From: Pristiophorus japonicus
Lineage: Eukaryota
DNA: 64,000 nucleotides
Direction: 5' to 3'
Assembly: GCF_044704955.1 (NCBI RefSeq)
Contig: NC_092003.1
Location: 3,782,001 to 3,846,000 of the forward strand
Made by a program: the position numbers and the translations under genes. The stretch's first letter is position 1. Each line of letters begins with the position of its first letter. Below the pieces are notes generated by a model. It did not search any database. It was not told the origin of the DNA and worked only from the letters and a program-made list of their open reading frames with translations. Of the stretch, positions 36,090 to 47,730 are shown one piece after another.

Positions 36090-36965
36090 CTCCAGTTCAA
36101 AGTTCTCCATTGTCCTTGAAGAACTTTTGTCCCGGCTGGCCTTCCACAGTCTACCCGACATAAACTAGGTGATCCCAAAACTGCTGCTGCCCCTCCAGTG
36201 TCCTAACTCGCAACGAGTCCCACTCACCCATCACCCCCTGTGCTCGCTGCCCCGTGTCCTAACTCACACCGAGTCCCACTCACCCATCACCCCCTGTGCT
36301 CGCTGCCCCGTGTCCTAACTCACACCCAGTCCCACTCACCCATCACCCCCTGTACTCGCTGACCCGTGTCCTAACTCGCACCGAGTCCCAATCACCCATC
36401 ACCCCCTGTGCTCACTGCCCCATGTCCTAACTCGCACCCAGTCCCACTCACCCATCACCCCCTGTGCTCACTGCCCCGTGTCCTAACTCGCACCCAGTCC
36501 CGCTCACCCATCACCCCCTGTGCTCACTGCCCCATGTCCTAACTCGCACCAAGTCCCACTCACCCATCACCCCCTGTGCTCACCATTGGCTCCTGGTTAA
36601 GCAACGCCTCGATTTCAAAATTCTCCATCCTCATGTTCAAATCCCTCCTTGTCTCCCCTCCCACCTCTTCCAGCCCCCCCTCCAACAGATATCTGCACTC
36701 CCCTAATTCTCCCTCTTGACCATCCCTGATTATAATCGCTCAACCATCGGTGGCCGTGCCTTCTGTTGCCTGGGCATCAAACTCTGGAACTCCCTGCCGA
36801 AACCTCTCCACCTCTCTGTCCTCCTTCAAGGCGCTCCTTAAAACCGACCTCTTTCTGCCCTAATTTCTACTTGGGCTGTGTCAAATTTTTTAGCTCAATA
36901 CTCCTGTGAAGTGCCTTTGGGACGGTTCACTATGTTAAAGGCGCTATATAAATACAGGTTGTTGT
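36090..36965 (+). mobile_element. L2-type LINE 3' fragment with internal 56-bp tandem repeat (~36195-36585)
   Basis: VLTRTKSHSPITP..HWL.VKQR.DFKIL motif; tail AAAGGCGCTATATAAATACA. Confidence 0.82.
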
Positions 36966-37284
36966 TATAGATGCAGGGCCAGGGTACGTAAGGGGGTAGA
37001 GTGTAGGGAGGAAATATCTTCCACTTCTATTGCTCTCCATCACAGCTCTCAAACGCCCCAACGCGCTTCAAACACACACAAAGGATTGCTTTTAAGTGCA
37101 GTGGCCATTGTTGGGTGGGAGCCATTTTGTGCACACCAAGATCCCACAAATATTCCACGGTATTTACAGCACAGATACATTCGGCCCCACTGCTCCGTGT
37201 CAGTGTTTATACTCCACACAAACCTCCTCCCACTCCCTCTTCATCTCCCCCCCCCCCCCCCCCCCCATCACCATAATCATCCTT

Positions 37285-39170
37285 ATACTTGCTTTGGAGG
37301 CTGTTCAGAGAAGGTTCACTCGGTTAATTCCTAAGATGAAGGGGTTGCCTTATGAAGAAAGGTTGAGCAGGTTGGGCCTCTACACATTGGAGTTTAGAAG
37401 AATGAGAGGTGATCTTATTGAAACATATAAGATTCTGAAGGAGCTGGACAGTGTAGACACAGACAGGATATTTCCCCTCGTGGGGTAATCTAGAACTAGT
37501 TTCAGAATAAGGGGTCGCCCATTTAAAACTGAGATGAGAAGGAATTTCTTCTCTCAGAGGGTTGTAAATCTGTGGAATTCTCTGCCTCAGAGAGCTGTGG
37601 AGGCTGGGTCATTGAATATATTTGAGGTGGAGATAGACAGATTTTTGAGCGATAAGGGAGTGAAGGGTTATGGGGAGCGGGCGGGGAAGTGGAGCTGAGT
37701 CCGTGATCGGATCAGCCACGGTTTAATTGAATGGCGGAGCAGGCTCGAGGGGCCGAATGGCCGACTCCTGCTCCTCCTCAGGGCAATGCGTGAGGAGGAC
37801 ATAAAGAGGCTGCAAAAGGACATAGGCAGGCTAAGTGAGTGGGCAAGAATTTGGCAGATGGAGTATAATGTTGGAAAGTGTGAGGTCATGCACTTTGGTA
37901 GAAAAACAATCAAAGAGCAAGTTATTATTTAAATGGAGAAAGATTACAAAGTGCCGCAGTACAGCGGGACCTGGGGGTACTTGTGCATGAAACACAAAAG
38001 GTTAGTATGCAGATACAGTAAGTGATCAGGAAGTCCAATGGTATCTTGGCCTTTATTGCAAAGGGGATGGAGTATAAAAGCAGGGAAGTCTTGCTCCAGT
38101 TATACAGGGTATTGGTGAGACCACACCTGGAGTACTGCGTGCAGTTTTGGTTTCCATATTTACGAAAGGCTATACTTGCTTTGGAGGCAGTTCAGAGAAG
38201 GTTCACTCGGTTGATTCCGGAGATGAGGGGGTTGACTTATGAGGAAAGGTTGAGGAGGTTGGGCCTCTACTCATTGGAATTCAGAAGAATGAGAGGTGAC
38301 CTTATCGAAATGTATAAGATTATGAGGGGACTTGACAAGGTGGATGCAGAGAGGATGTTTCCACTGATGGGGGAGACTAGAACTAGGGGGCATGGTCTTA
38401 GAATAAGGGGCCTCCCATTTAAAACAGAGATGAGGAGGAATTTCTTCTCTCAGAAGGTTGTAAATCTGTGGAATTCGCTGCCTCAGAGAGCTGTGGAGGC
38501 TGGGACATTGAATATAGACAGTTTCTTAACCGATAAGGGGGCGGGCAGGGAAGTGGAGCTGAGTCCATGATCGGATCAGCCATGTTCGTATTAAATGGCG
38601 GAGCAGGCTCAAGGGGTTGTATGGCTGACTCCTGCTACTATTTCTTATGTATGTTATGTTCATTGCCGGGCCCCCACCATCAACATCCTAGTGGGGGGGC
38701 GGGGGGGGGAGGCTCACCATTGACCAGAAACTTAACTGAGCAGCCACATAAATATGTTCTTATGTATGTTATTCTTTCCTTCCTTATGTGTTTATCCAGC
38801 TTCCCCTTAAATGCATCTCTGCTATTGGCCTTCACCACTCCCTGTGGCAGCGAGTTCCACATTCTCACCGCTCTCTGGGGAAAGAAGTTTCTCCTGAATT
38901 CCCCATTGGGTTTATCAGTGACTGTCTGATATTGGTGGCCCCCTTAGTTATGGTCTCCCTCTCTCTCCACCTACCCGATTGAACCCCCTCGGACTTCCCT
39001 TTTCTGGAGAAAGGTTGGGCCCGTACTCATTGGAGTTCAGAAGAATGAGGGGCGATCTTATTGAAACGTATAAGATACTGAGGGAGCTTGACAGATGCAG
39101 AGAGCATGTTTGCCTTCGTGGGGAAAATCAAGAACTAGGAGGCATAGTTTCAGAATAAGAGGTCCCCCCT
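37285..39170. mobile_element. Cluster of CR1 fragments (37285-37775 +, 37783-38655 +, 38745-38990 -, 39005-39170 +)
   Basis: CR1 ORF2 motifs (e.g. ORF 38022..38570) and 3' UTRs. Confidence 0.9.
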
Positions 39171-39194
39171 TCCCACCCCTCCCCCCTCCCCACC

Positions 39195-39860
39195 CGGGGA
39201 GGGGGGAGGGGTGGGGATGGGGGGGAGGGGTGGGGATGGGGGGGGAGGGGTGGGGATGGGGGGGAGGGGTGGGGATGGGGGGGGAGGGGTGGGGATGGGG
39301 GGGGAGGGGTGGGGATGGGGGGGGAGGGGTGGGGATGGGGGGGGAGGGGTGGGGATGGGGGGGGAGGGGTGGGGATGGGGGGGGAGGGGTGGGGATGGGG
39401 GGGGAGGGGTGGGGATGGGGGGGGGGGGTGGGGATGGGGGGGGAGGGGTGGGGATGGGGGGGAGGGGTGGGGATGGGGGGGGAGGGGTGGGGATGGGGGG
39501 GGAGGGGTGGGGATGGGGGGGGAGGGGTGGGGATGGGGGGGGAGGGGTGGGGATGGGGGGGGAGGGGTGGGGATGGGGGGGGAGGGGTGGGGATGGGGGG
39601 GAGGGGTGGGGATGGGGGGAGGGGTGGGGATGGGGGGGAGGGGTGGGGATGGGGGGGAGGGGTGGGGATGGGGGGGAGGGGTGGGGATGGGGGGAGGGGT
39701 GGGGATGGGGGGGAGGGGTGGGGATGGGGGGGAGGGGTGGGGATGGGGGGGAGGGGTGGGGATGGGGGGGAGGGGTGGGGATGGGGGGGGAGGGGTGGGG
39801 ATGGGGGATGGGGGAGGGGATGGGGAGGGGGGATGGGGGAGGGGATGGGGGAGGGGGCAG
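39195..39860. repeat. G-rich ~19-20-bp minisatellite (GGGGTGGGGATGGGGGGGA)n
   Basis: Tandem repeat beginning ~20 bp from a DPP3 donor. Confidence 0.92.
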
Positions 39861-39878
39861 AGACGCGATCGGCTTTAC

Positions 39879-40148
39879 CTGGTATTCCTCGGAGGTCATG
39901 CCGAGCGCCGTGGCCGCTTCCTGAAGCTCGCAGAGGGGCTGAGCTTTGAAGAGCTTCTGCAGCAGCACGTAGATGGCGGGTGACTCTGGCGAGGTCTGTA
40001 ACAGCACCACCAGCCCGCCGTACCAGGAGGCCCGCGAGACGTAGTGCGCATACAGCTTCTCCTCCTTTGACAGGAGCTGGAAGGCCTCCTTGCAGTCCAG
40101 CAGCGAGATGCCGACATCGTTGGGCAACACGTACTGAGAGTCCACCAT
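39879..40148 (-). CDS. DPP3: DPP3 (dipeptidyl peptidase 3) first coding exon, MVDSQYVLPNDVGISLLDCKEAFQLLS...MTSEEYQ
   Basis: N-terminus matches DPP3 (YILPND...LDC.EAF..LS..E..YAH..SRA.WYGGL.VLLQTSPE). ATG in AAGATGG context; donor CAG/GTAAAG; 270 bp, phase 0. Likely acceptor at ~40180. Confidence 0.96.
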
Positions 40149-40329
40149 CTTGCCTCGCTTCGACAGGCCGCAGTCAAATCTGCCGCGGCCCGGGAAAAAA
40201 AACAATTAAACCAGAAACGTCGCAATTTAATGCCAGCCGGTTTCCACCTGATGACACCGGCTCTCTGCTCAGTGTAGTCCCACCCCGAACATTAAAAAAG
40301 GTACACACACACACATATCCCCCGACTAT

Positions 40330-41565
40330 TCATAGAAATTTACGAGACAGAAGGAGGCCATTCGGCCCATCGTGTCCACACCGGCCGACAAAGAGCTATC
40401 CAGCCTAATCCTTGACAAGGTGGATGCAGAGAGGATGTTCCCACTGATGGGGGAGACTAGAACTAGGGGGCATGGTCTTAGAATAAGGGGCCGCCCATTT
40501 AAAACTGAGATGAGGAGGAATTTCTTCTCTCAGAGGGTTGTAAATCTGTGGAACTCGCTGCCTCAGAGAGCTGTGGAGGCCGGGTCATTGAATAAATTTA
40601 AGACAGAGATAGACAGTTCCTTAACCGATAAGGGAGCGGGCAGGGAAGTGGAGCTGAGTCCATGATCGGATCAGCCATGATCGTATTAAATGGCAGAGCA
40701 GGCTCGAGGGGCCGAATGGCCGACTCCTGCTCCTATTTCCTATGTTTTTATTATCATAGCCCTGTAGGTTACGGCACTTCAAGTGCACATCCAAGTACTG
40801 TTTAAATGTGGTGAGGGTTTCTGCCTCTACCACCCTTTCAGGCAGTGAGTTCCACCCCAGACCCCCACCACCCTCTGGGTGAAGGAAATTCCCCTCAAAT
40901 CCCCTCTAAACCTCCTACCAAATACTTTAAATCTCTGCCCCCTGGTTGTTGACCCCTCCCCGCTAAGGGAAATAGGTCCTTCCTATCCACTCTATCTAGG
41001 CCCCTCATAATTTTATATGCCTCAATTAAATCTCCCCTCGGCCTCCTCTGTTCCAAAGCAAATAAACCCAGCCTATCTAATCTTTCCTCACGGCTAAAAT
41101 TCTCCAGTCCTGGCAACATCCTCTTAAATCTCCTCTGTACCCTCACTCATGCAATCACATCCTTCCTGTAATCTGGTGACCAGAACTGCACGCAGTGCTC
41201 TAGCTTTGGCCTAACTAGTGTTTTATCCAGTTGAAGCATAACCTCCCTGCTCTTGTATTCTATGCCTCGACTAGTAAAGGCAAGAATCATGTATGCCTCC
41301 CGAACCACCTTATCTACCTGGCCTGCCACCTTTCGGGATCTGTGGACATGCACTCCAAGGTCCCTCTGTTCCTCTACACTTCTCAGTGTCCATTTATTGT
41401 GTATTCCCTCGCCTTGTTAGTCCTCCCCAAATGCATTACCTCACACTTCTCCGGATTGGATTCCATTTGCCACTGTTCTGCCCACCTGACCAGACCATCG
41501 ATATCTTCCTGCAGTCTACAGCTTTCCTGCTCACCATTAACCACACAGCCAATTTTTGTATCATA
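40330..41565. mobile_element. CR1 fragments (~40410-40750 +, ~40755-41565 -)
   Basis: CR1 ORF2 motifs (LVRPKLEHCVQFWSP, LEQRRPRGDLIE). Confidence 0.88.
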
Positions 41566-42525
41566 TTAAAAGGCACACACACACTCCTATTAAAAAGAGA
41601 AATGCACACCCCAATATTACAAAGGAAGCCACACCCGGCCTCCCCACCCCAATATTAAAGGGACATGCCTATTCCTAATATTAAAGAGTCCTGCACATCC
41701 CCAATATTAAAGAGATATGCGCCCCCATAATAAATGCACATACACCCCAATATTAAAGGCACATGCACCCCCCAATATTAAAAGGATATGCACCCAATAT
41801 TAAAGAGACATGGACCCCCCAATATTAAAGAGACATACATCCCCCCAATATTAAAGGGACATGCACCCCCAATATTAAAGAGACATGCACCCCCCAATAT
41901 TAAAGAGACATGCACCCCCCAATATTAAAGAGACATGCACCCCCCAATATTAAAGAGACATGCACCCCCCAATATTAAAAGGACATGCACCCCCCCAATA
42001 TTAAAAGGACATGCACCCCCCCAATATTAAAGGGACATGCACCCCATCCCAATATTAAAGGGACATACACCCACCCCAATATTAAAGGGACATGCACCCC
42101 CCACAATATTAAAGGGACATGCACCCCCCACAATATTAAAGGGACATACATCCCCCCAATATTAAAGAGACATACATCCCCCCAATATTAAAGAGACATG
42201 CACCCCCCAATATTAAAGGGACATGCACCCCATCCCAATATTAAAGGGACATGCACCCACCCCAATATTAAAGGGACATGCACCCCCCACAATATTAAAG
42301 GGACATGCACCCCCCACAATATTAAAGGGACATGCACCCCCCACAATATTAAAGAGACATGCACCCACCCCCCAATATTAAAGGGACATGGACCCCCCCC
42401 AATATTAAAGGGACATGCACCCCCACAATATTAAAGGGACATGCACCCCCACAATATTAAAGGGACATGCACCCCCACAATATTAAAGGGACATGCACCC
42501 CCACAATATTAAAGGGACATGCACA
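41565..42525. repeat. ~26-30-bp minisatellite (CCCAATATTAAAGGGACATGCACCCC)n
   Basis: Degenerate tandem repeat upstream of the DPP3 CDS. Confidence 0.92.
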
Positions 42526-42639
42526 CTTTAATATATTTTCCCCTCCCTGGCCACAAAAGGAAAGTTTCCCGGGAGAATAAAGTTGCTGAGAGATTGAATC
42601 CAGTCAGTGAGGGCCCACATGGAGCAGCCCCGAGCTTCC

Positions 42640-43830
42640 CCCCCGCACCTACAGTTACCGGCGCCTCGCTTCTCCGCCGCTTCATTCATCCACTGCCTGC
42701 GGCCTGAGATGACCTGGGGCCGGCCGGCGCAGCCCCTGCCCCTCCCAGGGCCTCTCTCCGCCAATCCCACACCGCCGCCGCCTGTCAGACAACTGTTTCG
42801 ACCAAGCGCACGCCGCCACTGCCGGACGGACATCTGCTTCAGCCAATGGCGTGCCACGGCGCCACCCAGCCCCCACCTGGCGCACCGCCACCGCCTCCCG
42901 GGATCCCTCTTCGCCAATCGCGCGTCGCCGGCTCTAATGGACACCTCCTTCCGCCAATCGGTTGCAACCCATGTCTGATGGACAGCTGCCTGGACCAATA
43001 GCGCACCGCAGCGCCACCCGGCCCCCCCTTTTACACCAATCAGGCAGCGCCGCCTCCCGGGCGCCTGATCCGCCAATCACGCGTCGCCAACTGTGATGGT
43101 CGTTTCCCTCCACCAATCGCCCATCCTTATCCGCTGACGGGCCTCGCCCTCCGCCCTCCGCGGACCGCGCCGCCTCCCCTCCGCTCTCCGCCAATGGAAC
43201 GTCGCCTCCACTTGATGGACAGCTTCCTCCACCAATTGGAGGGCGCCACTCCCTGACTGACGCGAGTCGCATCCAATGGAAAAGCGGTGGGAGGCGGGAC
43301 CGCCGTTCAAAGATATCAGGTGGTTAACGCCTGGGCGGTTGGTAATGACTTCTGCTTGTGACCGTTTGAAAATAAAAAATAAAATAAATTTCTTACACCG
43401 GAGACCGCGGGAGGATATTTAATAATCGTTGGGCAAAAAATAAATGAAGCAACGTTGGACCTGACCTGACATTAATTGATTGACAGGCGGGTCAGCCAAT
43501 GGAGAGGCGGATTGGTATGACTGACGTTCCAATTGTCCAGTCGGAGCGCGAGGCGGGTGGGACTCCAGGGGTCGAGGGTTATGGCGACACTTAGAAAGCA
43601 TTTGTGACTAAGAATCGGGCTCAATCTCAAATCAAACAAGCTACACTGCGAGTCAATGTTATTATCTTTTAATTTTTTTCCCATAATGGAATTTTATCGC
43701 AGTTAGAAATAGTTTTTTGGGGATCCGGGAACTATTGGCGGGGCTTTTGGTTGTCCGGGGGAAGGTTTAGAGCGGGACGCATTCAGCACTGAAAGGGTCC
43801 GTCCCTTGGTAAGGGTCCGCCCCGCGAAAA
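42640..43830. promoter_or_regulatory. CpG-island bidirectional promoter region for DPP3 (-) and DMAC1 (+), with phased CCAAT/DECA array
   Basis: CpG-rich and TE-free. CCAAT at 42761, 42843, 42914, 42954, 42995, 43036, 43073, 43113, 43191, 43232, 43273, 43496, 43529; GC boxes; YY1-like AAAATGGCG at the DMAC1 start. A possible DPP3 non-coding exon 1 donor (CG/GTAACT) at ~42658 is unconfirmed. Confidence 0.8.
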
Positions 43831-44031
43831 TGGCGGGTTCTGGCAAAAACGAGGAGGCTGCTGCTGCTGCTGCTCCCGCTCAACTCTTCAAGGACTGCTG
43901 GGGCTGCCGGGCGGTGAGCGGCGGCGGCCTGATCGGGGCGGGGGGCTACGTGTTGGCCGCCGCCCGCCGGGTGATGCAGCGAGGGGCCCCGCCCGGCCTG
44001 GGCGCCGTGGCCCAGATTGTCTTCGGCCTTG
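43830..44031 (+). CDS. DMAC1: DMAC1 (TMEM261) exon 1: MAGSGKNEEAAAAAAPAQLFKDCWGCRAVSGGGLIGAGGYVLAAARRVMQRGAPPGLGAVAQIVFGL
   Basis: CW.CR..SG.GL.GAGGYV...AR motif of the DMAC1/DUF4536 family; ATG in AAAATGG context; donor G/GTGAGT, phase 1. Confidence 0.9.
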
Positions 44032-44374
44032 GTGAGTGGCCATGGAGGGAGGGGGGACATGGGCCAGCTTCTCTCCCCTGGAGGAGCTGATCCATCTCCC
44101 CACAGCCGCCCTACGCCCGCCAACCACCACCCCCACCCCCACCCCCACCACATTCTGCCCGCTATTTGACTGTGGGAGGCATCACACCCTGGCCAAAAAT
44201 ATAGATCGGCCTTTCCTTCATCCTGGCTGGGTCAGAATCCTGGAATTCCCTCCCGAACTGCGCCGCGAGGGAGCGCCTTCACCCCACCAGCTCGCCGCCA
44301 CCTTCGCGAGGGGCGACCAGCGACGTCCCATCCCCCATCCCATAGAACGAATAAAAGCAAAAACATTGGCACAT

Positions 44375-45490
44375 TGGGAGCAGGAGAAGGCCATTCAGCC
44401 CCTCGAGCCTGTTACATTAGGAACAGGAGGAGGCCATTCAGCCCCTCGAGCCTGTTACATTAGGAACAGGAGGAGGCCCATTCAGCCCCTCGGGCCTGTT
44501 ACATTAAGAACAGGAGGAGGCCATTCAGCCCCTCGAGCCTGTTACATTAGGAACAGGAGGAGGCCCATTCAGCCCCTCGGGCCTGTTACATTAGGAACAG
44601 GAGGAGGCCGTTCAGCCCCTTGAGCCTGTTACACAGGAACAGGAGGAGGCCATTCAGCCCCTCGAGCCTGTTACATTAGGAACAGGAGGAGGACATTCAG
44701 CCCCTCGAGCCTGTTACATTAAGAACAGGAGGAGGACATTCAGCCCCTCGAGCCTGTTACATTAGGAACAGGAGGAGGCCATTCAGCCCCTCGAGCCTGT
44801 TACATTAAGAACAGGAGGAGGACATTCAGCCCCTCGAGCCTGTTACATTAGGAACAGGAGGAGGCCATTCAGCCCCTCGAGCCTGTTACATTAGGAACAG
44901 GAGGAGGACATTCAGCCCCTCGAGCCTGTTACACAGGAACAGGAGGAGGCCATTCAGCCCCTCGAGCCTGTTACATTAGGAACAGGAGGAGGACATTCAG
45001 CCCCTTGAGCCTGTTACATTAGGAACAGGAGGAGGACATTCAGCCCCTCGAGCCTGTTACATTAAGAACAGGAGGAGGCCATTCAGCCCCTCGAGCCTGT
45101 TACATTAGGAACAGGAGGAGGCCGTTCAGCCCCTCGAGCCTGTTACATTAGGAACAGGAGGAGGCCATTCAGCCCCTTGAGCCTGTTACATTAGGAACAG
45201 GAGGAGGCCATTCAGCCCCTCGGGCCTGTTACATTAAGAACAGGAGGAGGCCATTCAGCCCCTCGAGCCTGTTACATTAGGAACAGGAGGAGGCCGTTCA
45301 GCCCCTTGAGCCTGTTACATTAGGAACAGGAGGAGGCCATTCAGCCCCTCGGGCCTGTTACATTAAGAACAGGAGGAGGCCATTCAGCCCCTCGAGCCTG
45401 TTACATTAGGAACAGGAGGAGGCCATTCAGCCCCTCGAGCCTGTTACATTAGGAACAGGAGGAGGCCATTCAGCCCCTCGAGCCTGTTAC
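44375..45490. repeat. 43-bp CR1-tail-derived minisatellite, ~26 copies, in the DMAC1 intron
   Basis: Same unit as 34543-35355; continues into CR1 tail sequence. Confidence 0.92.
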
Positions 45491-45589
45491 GCCATTCACT
45501 GAGATCGCGGCTGATCTGCGACCTAACTCCATCCACCCACCTTTGCCTCATATTCCTTAATAGCTTTGCTTAACAGAAAGTTAGCAATC

Positions 45590-46450
45590 TGTAGATCGAG
45601 AGAAACTGTTCCCATTGGCGGAAGGGTCGAGAACCAGAGGACACAGATTTAAGGTGACTGACAAAAGAAGCAGCATTGACACGAGGAAAAACTTTTTTAC
45701 TCAGCGAGTGGTTAGGATCTGGAAGGGTGATGGAGGCAGATTCAATCACAGCTTTCAAAAGGGAGTTGGATAAGTACCTGAAGGAAAAAAATTGCAGGGC
45801 TACGGGGATAGAGCGGGGGAGTGGGATTAGCTGAAGTGCTCTTGCAGAGAGCCGTCACGGGCTCGAGGGGCCGAATGGCTGCCTTCTGTGCTGTAAGCGT
45901 TCTATGATTCTAACTATTCAGCAACAATCAGCAGAGGAAGCATGGGTAACATCACAATGTTCGTTACAATTTCATATTTGGTTCATTTGTGAAGGGCATC
46001 AAGAAAGTTGTGAGGAAGTCCAGGGGTCACAGTCTAAGGATAAGGGGTAAGCCATTTCGGATCGAGATGAGGAGAAACTTCTTCACTGAGAATTATGAAC
46101 CTGTGGAATTCTCTACCACAGAAAGTTGTTGAGGCGAGAGAGTTAGATAGGGTCCTTATGGCTAAAGGGATCAAGGGGTATGGAGAGAAAGCAGGAAAGG
46201 TGAATGATCAGCCATGATCATCTTGAATGCCGGTGCAGGCTCGAATGGCCTGCTCCTGCACCTATTTTCTATGTTTCAATGATCTGGAATGCGCTGTATG
46301 AAAGGGCGGTGGAAGCAGATTCAATAGTAATTTTCAAAAGAGCAATTGGATATATACTTGAAAAGGGCTATGAGGAAAGAAGAGAGTGGGATTAATTGGA
46401 TAACTGGTTTGAGAGAGCTGGTACAATGGGCCAAATGGCCTCCTGCGCTA
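45590..46450 (+). mobile_element. CR1 3' fragments
   Basis: RTRGH/FFTQRVV/WNSLP motifs and tails. Confidence 0.8.
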
Positions 46451-46497
46451 TCGGATTCCAACTAATCATAATTTCCCTCCACTTCTCTAATCGGCAG

Positions 46498-46559
46498 GTC
46501 TGGCATCCTGGGGTGTGGTGATCTTAGTCGACCCGGTTGGGAAATCTCACCCAAAGTAG
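46498..46559 (+). CDS. DMAC1: DMAC1 exon 2 (GLASWGVVILVDPVGKSHPK*); total 87 aa
   Basis: Pyrimidine tract + CAG acceptor; phase matches exon 1; resembles human IATWGIVVMADPKGK; TAG TAA stops. Confidence 0.9.
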
Positions 46560-47459
46560 TAAGAATTGCACAGAATCGGCACTCTGCCTTGAATGCCATC
46601 TACATCACGCAGGGAAGGAAAGAGAAACCCTGTCAAAGTGCATGTTAATCGAGACTTTCCAACTTCTGTCCATACTGTGACCGTGGTGGGGGGGAACCTG
46701 TGAAGGATTGTGTTTGAGAGGAAACCAAACAAAATCTTTTGTGCTGTGGAAGGATTTTATTCTAATACACTTTCTGAATGGAAGCCTGAGGTGGCCGGAT
46801 AAGGCAGGAATGAATGTTTGTGCAACGAATTAACATGGAACTTTTATTGTGTGCGCGCGTATTTAATCAATGTATCTCGACAGCTTTATCAAATGTTCAA
46901 CATCACTGCAGCGAGTTCTGTAATGTGTTGAGCCAAGAAAAAATTAAAATGTCACAGTGACTCAAGACCCTGTAACCCACCATTCTTTGTTCAATACTGT
47001 GGTGCATCTGCGCATTAATAATGCCTTGGTGTTGGGGACGTGCCTGTTGATGGCCCAACGTTAATACGGTGGCTCTCAGATAAGTGACGCTGCAGCCCGA
47101 CACTCGCGAGCTGGCAAAATTAGTTGCTTTGTAGCCTCCACAGAAAACCTCGCTCCCACTCCAAATTCCACCCTTTCGGGTCCAGAGGAGTGTCCGATAC
47201 AAAGCTGGAAAAGTTCACAACACTGACGGGCTGGGGAACTTGTATTGTACGGTAGCATTTATCTTTTAAGATTAGACTTGGCAGGACTTTTTCTTTTAAA
47301 TAGTCGTTCAAGGGATGAGTGTGTCGTTGTGGGGAGTGAGCAGGAGAGAGGGTTTAGGCTGGGATATTAAAGGAGATAGGGAGTGACGGATATTGAAGGA
47401 TGTGAGAATGGGTAGAATAGACTGGGTGGGATATTAGGGTACAGGGATACGCCACAGTA

Positions 47460-47730
47460 TCAGTACCAAGGGAGCGCGCTGCTGGTGGGGCGGTAGCGAG
47501 GGAGCACCGCACTGTCGGAGGTGCCGTCTTTCTGATGAGACGTTAAACCGAGACCCCGTCTGCTCTCTCGGGTGGATAGAAAAGCTCCCACAGCACGATT
47601 TCGAAGAGTTCTCCCCGGTGTCCTGGGGCTAATATTTAATACCTCAACCAACAAGACTAAAAACAGACTGGTCATTATCAGACTGGTTGTTTGTGGGAGT
47701 TTGCTGTGCGCAAATTGGTTGCCGCCTTTA
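47460..47730 (+). mobile_element. DeuSINE fragment with only 1-2 units of the 33-mer
   Basis: SINE body sequence. Confidence 0.75.
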
